Shown piece after piece: positions 55,322-63,176 of a DNA stretch of 64,000 nt. Below the pieces are notes generated by a model. The model made no database searches. It was not told the DNA's origin and saw only the letters and a program-made list of their open reading frames with translations. A program made the translations under genes and the position numbers. Where the stretch lies: positions 1 through 64,000 of the IMG/VR virus record IMGVR_UViG_3300037470_000856; one strand, given 5' to 3'. The stretch is from a virus. Numbering within the stretch: position 1 is the first letter of the stretch; each line of letters starts with the position of its first letter.

Positions 55322-55343
55322 TGACCATCCCCGGCGGGGAGGA
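55322..55343 (-). promoter_or_regulatory. Leader hairpin motif copy 3 (TCCTCCCCGCCGGGGATGGTCA)
   Basis: About 20 nt upstream of ATG 55302. Same stem and flanks as copies 1 and 2, different loop. Confidence 0.6.
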
Positions 55344-55394
55344 AAAGCGCGGGGGCGACAAGGCCACGAAAGTGACCACGTCGTCCCTCGGTGC

Positions 55395-56069
55395 CTAGAC
55401 GTACAGGGTGCCATCTTCGGCGTAGACCGTGACGGCCTGCTGCTCGACGTCGAGGTACGTGAAGTTCGGGTCCTTGAGCAGCGACACGTTCCCGTTCAGG
55501 TGCGAGCACTTGAACTGGCCGATGTCATAGAGCTGCTTGTAGGTCCCCTCCACGAAGTCCCCGACCGGGCCGATGAACGCTCCACCGCCGTCGGACAGTG
55601 CGGTGCCCGACGAGACGAGATACACATTGCCGGCCAGAATGCTCAGCAGCTCGGTGAGGACGCCCGTCGAACCTCCAGCCGTGAGGGAGGCTCCACCCAC
55701 GACGCCGCCGATGACGGCGTTCACGGCCGCCAGGTTGAGAGCCGTGCCTCCTCCGGGGTCCGCCTGCGTGATGGCCAGGAGACCCGCCGCGATGGCGTCC
55801 GCGTCGGCCGCGGTGATCGTCGCGCCGCCGTCGTCGATGTTGCCGAGCATGTACGCCCCGACCCCGTAGAGGTCCGCCATGGCGACCACGGGCGGACCCG
55901 TGTCCACGCTGCCCGCCATGAGCGGCGCCGGGATGTTGTGGATGTACCCCGTCTGACCGAGTCCCGGCGGGTAGATGTAGTTCTTGCTCGAGGTGTTCGG
56001 CCAGAGGTCGACGACCTGGAGTTCCCCGTCGGGGATGTCGGTCCGGTTCATGATGAGAAAGACTTGCAT
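55395..56069 (-). CDS. Virion decoration-like protein, paralog 3 (224 aa)
   Basis: Shares IMxRxDIPxGxLxxxDLxPNxSxxNY and C-terminal VxxxDGT with the two upstream genes. Confidence 0.6.
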   Translation of the reverse strand: MQVFLIMNRTDIPDGELQVVDLWPNTSSKNYIYPPGLGQTGYIHNIPAPLMAGSVDTGPPVVAMADLYGVGAYMLGNIDDGGATITAADADAIAAGLLAITQADPGGGTALNLAAVNAVIGGVVGGASLTAGGSTGVLTELLSILAGNVYLVSSGTALSDGGGAFIGPVGDFVEGTYKQLYDIGQFKCSHLNGNVSLLKDPNFTYLDVEQQAVTVYAEDGTLYV

Positions 56070-56081
56070 CGTCCTTGTCTC

Positions 56082-57110
56082 CTACGGGGTGAAGAAGGTC
56101 CCGTCGTCGTTGTAAACGACGACCGCCTCGCCGTTGGGGTCACCAGCCACGCCGGCGTAGACGAAGCTGTTCGCGGTGAACGCGGAGAGCTCACCCATGA
56201 CGAACGACAGTGGCAGGCCGTCGTTGAGGAAGAGCGCCCGGTTGCCACTCAACGAACTGACCGGGGGGCTCACGACGTGGAAACCGCCCGCGTCCGCGAC
56301 CTGCGTGCCGGCCGGGAGCGTGAACTTGGCCCCGGCGAGCATGTTGAGCAATTCGGCGAGCGATGTTGTGTCGAGGACGGCCCCCACGAGGAGGCCGTTG
56401 ACGGTGGCGAGATCCAGGACGCCCGCGGCCGACGTCAAGTCTCCGAAAGCGAGTTGACCGAGCGTTGCCGCGGCACTCGCGTTCGCGTCCGCGGCCGTGA
56501 TGGCCGACGCGTCCACGCCGCCCGCCATCGCCGCGGACACCGAGAGGTTGGCGCCCACCTCGGAGAGGAGGATGCTGTTGCCGGCGGTCCCGGCCGTCAC
56601 CGCCGTGATGTCGATGTCCACCGGAGCAGCACCCCCCGGCGTTGCCGCGGTGACGTAGGGGCTCAGGCCGTTCAGCGGGTTGTTGATCGTATTGACCAAG
56701 TTGGTCGCCGAGTCGGCTTCGGTGGCACCCACGAGCACGTCCGTCGTCGCGACCGGAGCCGCGCTGAACGTGAAGGTGACCGAGGGGCCCCCCACCACCG
56801 TGGCGTTGATGGTGGCCGTGTCGCCGGGAGCGACGTTGCCCGCCGCGATCTGGAACTGCCCGGTCGCGGCGACGGCCGTGCCGTCGTTGGTGCGCGCGAG
56901 GAACCAGGCCGACAGCCCGGAGTACGTGCGGAAGGACGTGACGGGGCCCGCGCCGAGCGTGATGACCGTCTCGTTGTCGACCGCGTTGACGTACTTGGTC
57001 TGACCAGGGGCGTCGAGGGTGTAGTTCCGCTGCGACGTGTTGGGCTCCATGTCGAGGATCTGGAGCGTCCCATCGGGGATGTCGCTGCGCTTCATGATGA
57101 TGTACGGCAT
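56082..57110 (-). CDS. Virion decoration-like protein, paralog 2 (342 aa), with a ~120-aa inserted domain
   Basis: Paralog of its neighbours. The insert at ~56511-56877 matches the sheath A+B repeat unit. Confidence 0.65.
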   Translation of the reverse strand: MPYIIMKRSDIPDGTLQILDMEPNTSQRNYTLDAPGQTKYVNAVDNETVITLGAGPVTSFRTYSGLSAWFLARTNDGTAVAATGQFQIAAGNVAPGDTATINATVVGGPSVTFTFSAAPVATTDVLVGATEADSATNLVNTINNPLNGLSPYVTAATPGGAAPVDIDITAVTAGTAGNSILLSEVGANLSVSAAMAGGVDASAITAADANASAAATLGQLAFGDLTSAAGVLDLATVNGLLVGAVLDTTSLAELLNMLAGAKFTLPAGTQVADAGGFHVVSPPVSSLSGNRALFLNDGLPLSFVMGELSAFTANSFVYAGVAGDPNGEAVVVYNDDGTFFTP

Positions 57111-57122
57111 CGGTCGATCTCC

Positions 57123-57788
57123 TTACAGGACGGTTCCGTCGTCGGCGAGAACGAGGATGGCCGGCCCGAACACGCCGTTGTACTCGAAACCCACCTGCTT
57201 GTAGTTGAAGAGGTCACCTGCGCCGTTGCTGACGTTGAAGGCGCCCGTCGCCAGGATGTTCTTCACGCCCGGCGTCGTGGCGAAGAAACCCTGACGAACC
57301 GGGTTGAAGGCATTGGCGCCGTCCTCGACCTCGGAGCCGGCCGGCAGTTGGTATTCCGCGCCAGAGAGGATGAAGAGGAGTTCGGAGAGCATGCCCGTCG
57401 AGGCGCCCGCCTCGAGGCTGGTGCCCGCCGTGGCTCCGGCCGCGACGAGCGCGGCGTCCACGTCGGTCAGGGTCAGCGTGAAACCGCCCACCGCTCGGGC
57501 GATGATGGTCGCCGCCGCCGCATTGGCCACCGCCGCCGTGATCGCGGTGCCCGAGGAGTCCTCGACGTTGTCGATCAGGTAGGCCGCGAGCCCGCAGGCG
57601 TCACGCACCGTGAGGATTGGACCCGCTCCCGTCGTGATGACGGTGTCGCTGACCGGGATCTGGCGCACGTACCCGCTCTGACCTGGAGGATCGAGCGTGT
57701 AGTTGCGCTGAGAGTCGTTCGGCTTGAGGTCGATGATCTCGAGCACCCCGTTCGGGATGTCGGCGCGACGCATGATGATGTACGGCAT
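57123..57788 (-). CDS. Virion decoration-like protein, paralog 1 (221 aa)
   Basis: MPYIIMRRADIPNGVLEIIDLKPNDSQRNY. GGAGG RBS, with a promoter-like TTTATA upstream. Confidence 0.6.
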   Translation of the reverse strand: MPYIIMRRADIPNGVLEIIDLKPNDSQRNYTLDPPGQSGYVRQIPVSDTVITTGAGPILTVRDACGLAAYLIDNVEDSSGTAITAAVANAAAATIIARAVGGFTLTLTDVDAALVAAGATAGTSLEAGASTGMLSELLFILSGAEYQLPAGSEVEDGANAFNPVRQGFFATTPGVKNILATGAFNVSNGAGDLFNYKQVGFEYNGVFGPAILVLADDGTVL

Positions 57789-57867
57789 CGTGAAAATCCT
57801 CCGGTGTCCGGGCTGCGGGCCTTCTCTGTATAGGGGGCCCTATAAAACGAAAACCGATAGGGTGCGT

Positions 57868-58650
57868 CTAGCGCAGACCCGTCACGGTCGAGATCAGCAG
57901 CGAAAAGTTTGGGTTCCCCCCCGTCGAGCACAGGACAAGATCGTCCTTCATTCCGCTCGCGTGGGAGATGCTCGTCTCGGGGTCGATCTGGATGAGCGGC
58001 TGGCCCTCCGAGATCGAGAAGTAAAGGGGGAGCGCCATGTCGTGGTTCGTGATAATGATGGCGTCCGCGAACGCCGGGACGGCGAACACCAGCGCCTCGG
58101 GAGGCGCAGGGAGCCCCGGCACGGCCGTGGCCAGGTTCGGCGCCGTCCCGTACAGCGAGAGCGCGGGGCGAGGGACGCTCTGGAAGTCGGGGTCGCGCAT
58201 GATCATGATCTTCGACTGGTTCGACGCGTTCGCGGTGCCCGGGAACACGCCGCCGGGGAACCCGGCCGGCACGCTCCCGGAGATCGCCGCGGTGGCCACG
58301 GTGCTGACCTGCACACGGATGAACCAGAGATGGGAGTCGGGCGGAACCTCGGGGCTGAGCCCGAAGAACTCGTTCGGGTCGAAGGTGGCACGCGTCTGTC
58401 CGCGGGTAATGTCTCCCGAGATGCCCGTCCGTCGCTGTCGAATCGTCTTGGAGATGAAACTCCGGCCGCGCAACACGTCGAACAGGGCCGTGGTGCCAAC
58501 CCCGGTGACTCCGTTGAAAGTGCCGTAGGCGTCGTCGAGGCTGTTGGCGACTCGAACGCGGTAGCCGAGGATGTCCTCGTTGTTGATGAACTGGAGCGTC
58601 GCGAACCCCTTGGCTCGCTCCAGCATGTTGGGAATCGGGATGGTGGTCAT
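57868..58650 (-). CDS. Hypothetical virion-associated protein (260 aa)
   Basis: ATGA-coupled to the upstream zinc-ribbon gene. Beta-rich. Confidence 0.6.
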   Translation of the reverse strand: MTTIPIPNMLERAKGFATLQFINNEDILGYRVRVANSLDDAYGTFNGVTGVGTTALFDVLRGRSFISKTIRQRRTGISGDITRGQTRATFDPNEFFGLSPEVPPDSHLWFIRVQVSTVATAAISGSVPAGFPGGVFPGTANASNQSKIMIMRDPDFQSVPRPALSLYGTAPNLATAVPGLPAPPEALVFAVPAFADAIIITNHDMALPLYFSISEGQPLIQIDPETSISHASGMKDDLVLCSTGGNPNFSLLISTVTGLR

Positions 58651-59045
58651 GCGCTACCCGTCCTCTCCTTGCGGGCATAGGACTCGTATCCGCTCGTGTC
58701 ATTGCCCTTGGACCGGGCGAGTTTGGCCGCGTCGCTCCAGGTCTCGGTGCGCTCGCCACCCACGTTGGGCTGGAGCGACGGGATCGTCCCGTCCCCCTTC
58801 TGCTCCCGCTTCTTGTCGGCCAGGCGTTCATTCTTGCGGCGCATCTGGCCGGCGACGCGGTTATTCTTCGTGGCCCACCCGTCGCCCGAGAAGTTGATCA
58901 TCGGCGGCGTGAAGATGCGCACCGACCTCTCCTCCACGCCGCACTCGGGGCACGGCGGCTTCATGGAAGTGCCATACTCGGACATCTTCATCACGAGCTC
59001 GAATTGGTGCTCGCAGCTCTGGCACTCGTAGGGGTACGTCGGCAT
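58647..59045 (-). CDS. FmdB-family zinc-ribbon protein (132 aa)
   Basis: MPTYPYECQSCEHQFE...CPECG...FSGDGW. Confidence 0.8.
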   Translation of the reverse strand: MPTYPYECQSCEHQFELVMKMSEYGTSMKPPCPECGVEERSVRIFTPPMINFSGDGWATKNNRVAGQMRRKNERLADKKREQKGDGTIPSLQPNVGGERTETWSDAAKLARSKGNDTSGYESYARKERTGSA

Positions 59046-62000
59046 CAGGAGTCCTCCCCGTCAACGTACCGACGGGCCACGCGCCGAACGACGTCTCGCT
59101 CGGCGACCCTCTGCGCCACGCGCGTCACGATGTCCTGTTCGTCGGTCACGACTTCAATAGCTGCAGGGCTATCGACCGAAAACCGAGAACCCAGCTTCTT
59201 GAGGGGGCTCTTCTCGGGGCGCACGAAGAAGTCCTGGGACTTCTCGAGAACCGCGTAGGCGTGCTTGCAGACGGGTCTCCAGCGAGCCGGGTCCCTGATC
59301 TTGGGGTAGGTGGCGGTCCCGGGGGCCTCCCCTTTCTGGTAGTCGGACTTTGTGGCCCAGTGGGCGGGGCCCCACCACCGCCAGTAGGGGCACGAACATG
59401 AAACTCGGAGATTGAGCTTCGGAACATTCGAGGTGTTCCCCCGCTTGAAAGCCTGGACACGGACGACGTGGTTTCCCACGTCCCAGTGCCAGATCCAGTT
59501 CTTCGTGTCGGTGCGCGCGAGCTTGGGCGTGTACTGCCGCGACCGCTCCTTGATCTTCTTGTCGCAGCGCCTGAGGATCTCGCGGACCGTCGTCGCCACG
59601 CGTCGAAGGCCTTCCTCTGGACCGAACGCGGAGCGCACCCCGTGCCCGAAGTGCGCGTCGAGGATCTCGCGGACGAGAGCCCGCGTCGCCTGCTTGACCT
59701 CGAAATTGTTGTTATGGAGGTAGCGATCCTGCCGCCCGTCCGAAACCTGCTGCGTGTTGTTGGCGAGGTCCGTGTAGTACGACATCGGAAGAACTTTCCC
59801 CGAGCCGTCCGTCGGGTTCATCGTGTTCCGCACCTTGTCGTCCGGGTAATCGAGGCCCCCGGGGGCCGGGGGCCGAATCTCCCACTTGAGACCCGTCTGA
59901 GGGTGCCCGTCCAGGTTCGGAGCCTGGAGATCTTCGCCCTTCTGCTTGCCTGGGTCCTTGCGCGGCGTCCCGGTGTCGCGGCTCTGCCCCTTCCCGTAGT
60001 TCTGGTCGAGCTGCTCGGGGGGCTTGGTCTCCTTAACGTGCGTGTTCCAGTTCGAAGGCCAGTTGGCTCCTTCAATCTCGAGACCGAGGAGGTCGAACGC
60101 CTCGGCAAGCGCACCGAACCCCGCGTTTCTGTCTCGCATGCGATCCTTCTGCTGCTCGGGCGTGATGCCCTTGCGACGACGCTCCGCGAGCTGCTCCTCG
60201 CGCCACTCCCTGGTGCGTTCGGCCGGGAGCCGAAACCCGATCCCGCGTCGCTCGTAGCGCTTCGGGTACAGACGGTAGTACTTGTTTTTGAGTTTCTTCC
60301 GCGGCAGCCGTTTGTCGCGGAGGCGATACTTCATCCGCATCTTCCGCTTTTTCTGCGGGTGCTGCCGGTAATCCTGCTTCGACCGGAGTCGCGCGGGGCC
60401 GGCCTGGTTCTTCTGGTGCTCCTTCGGGAAGGGGCCTTGACGCTCGACCGCGACCGGATCGTGCCCCTCCTCGTCGTCGAATGCCGTCGGGCCGTCCACC
60501 CGGCGCGTCGGCATGTTGTAGTCGTACTTGGTCGGGTGCCCGTACTCGTCGCCCTTCTCGTCCAGGGTGCGGTAGGGGATGTGGCGCGGCTTGTTGTAGT
60601 AGGTTGGCCCGATCCGCTTCTCGCGGTTCTTGCTATGGTTCGAGGGCAGCGGGAGAGCCCGCTCCTTCTCTCGAGACTGAGGGAGCTGCACGGGCCACGC
60701 GGAGTCGAGATTCGACTGCCCCCGGTCCGGGCTCGTGTTCTCCGTGTCGGCCGGGGTGATGCCAAGCTGCGACTTCTGGTCGACGACCGTCTTGTAGCCC
60801 GGAGTGTCCTGCCAGCGCGGGCGGTAGGCAAGGATGCCGGCCGCGGCTCGCAGCTCCCGGAGGCCCGCGGTCCTGGAGGCAAACATGAACGGCTTGCCGC
60901 TTTGAGGCTCGCCCTTTCCGTCATCCTTCCCCTTCCCCTTCGGGCCCGACGTCGCGGGGACCTTGGGAGGCGCCTTCTTCTTTCGCTTCGGGAACTTGCG
61001 GTCGTCCTTGAGGCGCATGGCCTTGGACTTCGACATCTTGTCGTCGTCGAACTCGATGAATTTGAGCGTGGTGAGATCACCGTTGTCGGGATGGAGCGCG
61101 TCGACGAACAGACGTCCTCCGGTGCCCACCCGGTCGACACGGCCGACGTACCAGCGGCCGTCGTGCTCGTACCCGAACATATCGCCCTTCTTGAGTCCCT
61201 CGACGCTCGACAGCGCCTCCCCCTCGAAACTCTCGGGCTTCTTCTTGGGGGCCTTCTCCTTGGTGACCCGGGGCTGCCCCTGAGAGGGGAAAAGCTGCTT
61301 CTTGTGCTCCTCCCACTCCTCCTTATCGTGCGCCTCCCACTCCTCCTTGGTCTTGATGACCGCGGGGATCTTCCCCCACCCGGAGATCTCGGCGTTCTTG
61401 TAGGTGGAGTTGCCGTCGCGGACCGTGTACGTGCCGTCGCCGTTGTCGATCAGGCTGATCGGCTTGCGCTTGCCGTACTTCCCCTTCGCCGCCATGGCGA
61501 GCAACTCGTTGCCGTTGAGGACGCCCTTGAGGCGCACCTTGGCCGGCTGGATCTTGCTCATGTCCACGAGCTCGGACTTCTTGTCGTCGCGGAAGTACTT
61601 CTCCGGGTCCTCCTTGAGTTTCGATAACCCTTCGTACAGGGCCTTCTCGTTCTCCTTGGCGGGGTCGGGAGGGGCGTGCTTCACCTTGTGCACGTCCATC
61701 TGACCGAGGTTGTAGTCGCGGAACTCCTCGAAACCGTGCTCCTTGAGTTCGCCGGTCTTGGGATCAATGTCGATCGTGAAGAACTCGTGGCCGCGGGAGT
61801 CGATCACCCGACCGTGGTGGACGGCACCCTTGTGGTGGTACGAGACGACGTCGCCGACCTTGACGTCCTTCGGGTTCTTGAGCGGCTCGCCCGTCTTGCC
61901 CATCTCCTCGACGGCGGCCTTGCGCTTCTTCTCGGCCTCCTCGCGTTCCTTCTTCTCCTTCTCGCGCTTCGCCTTCTCCTCGGGCGAGAGCTCCTTCACC

Positions 62001-62713
62001 TTCGGCTTGCCCGACGAAGGAGCGTCCTCCTCGTCGGGGTCGAAGTTTCCCCACAGGTCCTCGTCGACCAGGAGAGCCTCGCGGTCCTTCACCTTCTTCT
62101 TGTCGAAGGACCACTCCGTCTTGTCCGTGACCTTGCCGGTCCTGGAATCGACCTCCTGAATCCAGAACCTCGAGTCATCCTCCGACACTCGCGTGACGCG
62201 GCCCATCCGGTCGTTGCCTTTGACCCTGTAGGCGACGACGTCGCCCGCGAAGATGTCGTCGAGCGAGAGCTCAGGCCACGTCTTCTTGTTCTTGAACGGG
62301 TCGGAGACCCTCGAGGGCTGAATCGTCCGCACGTCGAACGACTCGACGGCCACCTGCGGGATCGAGAGGGGCGCCTCCTTCATCGGCTTGCCAGTCTTGA
62401 GGTCGAGTCTTTGCGCGACGACGTTGCCGTCGGACGCCGACGTGACGAGAGCGTGGATCGTCAAGTTGGGTGCCTGGATGGAGAGCACGTCGCCCTCGCG
62501 GACGTCCTTGATGTTCTCAACCTTCTTGCCCTCCTTGGGCCCCGGCTCTACGAGGGACTGATACTGCTTCCACTGCTCGTAGATGCGGTGCTGCTCATCC
62601 ATCGGCAGCGACGTGTAGAGCACCAGGTTGCCGGTTTCGGGGTGCTTGAACTTGCGCCCCTCGACGGCCTTGCCGAACTCCGACAGAGCTGTCCTGATGC
62701 CGAAGTCGGGCAT
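59045..62713 (-). CDS. Multidomain protein (1222 aa): four SH3/Tudor-like repeats, a ParB/Srx-like domain and a C-terminal SWIM-like Zn finger; probable internal head protein
   Basis: Repeats VREGDV/FAGDVV/KVGDVV/KKGDMF. KPISLIDNGDGTYTVRDGNSTY is ParB-like. SCSCP...CKH is SWIM-like. Confidence 0.65.
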   Translation of the reverse strand: MPDFGIRTALSEFGKAVEGRKFKHPETGNLVLYTSLPMDEQHRIYEQWKQYQSLVEPGPKEGKKVENIKDVREGDVLSIQAPNLTIHALVTSASDGNVVAQRLDLKTGKPMKEAPLSIPQVAVESFDVRTIQPSRVSDPFKNKKTWPELSLDDIFAGDVVAYRVKGNDRMGRVTRVSEDDSRFWIQEVDSRTGKVTDKTEWSFDKKKVKDREALLVDEDLWGNFDPDEEDAPSSGKPKVKELSPEEKAKREKEKKEREEAEKKRKAAVEEMGKTGEPLKNPKDVKVGDVVSYHHKGAVHHGRVIDSRGHEFFTIDIDPKTGELKEHGFEEFRDYNLGQMDVHKVKHAPPDPAKENEKALYEGLSKLKEDPEKYFRDDKKSELVDMSKIQPAKVRLKGVLNGNELLAMAAKGKYGKRKPISLIDNGDGTYTVRDGNSTYKNAEISGWGKIPAVIKTKEEWEAHDKEEWEEHKKQLFPSQGQPRVTKEKAPKKKPESFEGEALSSVEGLKKGDMFGYEHDGRWYVGRVDRVGTGGRLFVDALHPDNGDLTTLKFIEFDDDKMSKSKAMRLKDDRKFPKRKKKAPPKVPATSGPKGKGKDDGKGEPQSGKPFMFASRTAGLRELRAAAGILAYRPRWQDTPGYKTVVDQKSQLGITPADTENTSPDRGQSNLDSAWPVQLPQSREKERALPLPSNHSKNREKRIGPTYYNKPRHIPYRTLDEKGDEYGHPTKYDYNMPTRRVDGPTAFDDEEGHDPVAVERQGPFPKEHQKNQAGPARLRSKQDYRQHPQKKRKMRMKYRLRDKRLPRKKLKNKYYRLYPKRYERRGIGFRLPAERTREWREEQLAERRRKGITPEQQKDRMRDRNAGFGALAEAFDLLGLEIEGANWPSNWNTHVKETKPPEQLDQNYGKGQSRDTGTPRKDPGKQKGEDLQAPNLDGHPQTGLKWEIRPPAPGGLDYPDDKVRNTMNPTDGSGKVLPMSYYTDLANNTQQVSDGRQDRYLHNNNFEVKQATRALVREILDAHFGHGVRSAFGPEEGLRRVATTVREILRRCDKKIKERSRQYTPKLARTDTKNWIWHWDVGNHVVRVQAFKRGNTSNVPKLNLRVSCSCPYWRWWGPAHWATKSDYQKGEAPGTATYPKIRDPARWRPVCKHAYAVLEKSQDFFVRPEKSPLKKLGSRFSVDSPAAIEVVTDEQDIVTRVAQRVAERDVVRRVARRYVDGEDS

Positions 62714-62716
62714 CGG

Positions 62717-63133
62717 CTAACTCCCCTCGGCGTGCCGCTCCGCCACTTGTCGCGCGATGTAGCGCTCGAGGACGCGCTCAGCCGACGTGCGTGGCATCGG
62801 GGCTCCGAAGGCCGGCGTTCCTTCGACCGTCTGCTCGACCGTGTTACGACGCGAGATGGGGAGCCGATCCTTGAGATGGTCCTTGCCCATGAGTGAGAGC
62901 GCGTAGCCGGTCTCGTCGAGCTGCTCCTCGAGTCGCCCCACGCAGCGCGGAAGATCCACGATGAGATCTCCGGCCACCTGGTACAGGTGCTCGCGCTGGG
63001 GGCTCGACTCAACGAGCGCGAGCACCTTGTTGAGAAGCTGGTGCAGCCGGTGGGCATCCACTCGCGCGGAGTTCACGCCCCCGGTGATCAGGGCCCAACC
63101 CGCCTGGCTGCCAGCTTTTCGTGAAAAGGACAT
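62717..63133 (-). CDS. Hypothetical helical protein (138 aa) with C-terminal RVxxRY motifs
   Basis: Native codon usage. Ends SAERVLERYIARQVAERH. Confidence 0.65.
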   Translation of the reverse strand: MSFSRKAGSQAGWALITGGVNSARVDAHRLHQLLNKVLALVESSPQREHLYQVAGDLIVDLPRCVGRLEEQLDETGYALSLMGKDHLKDRLPISRRNTVEQTVEGTPAFGAPMPRTSAERVLERYIARQVAERHAEGS

Positions 63134-63176
63134 GGACCGCCTTCACAGGAGGGTGGTCCATCGACGGAAAACCGAA

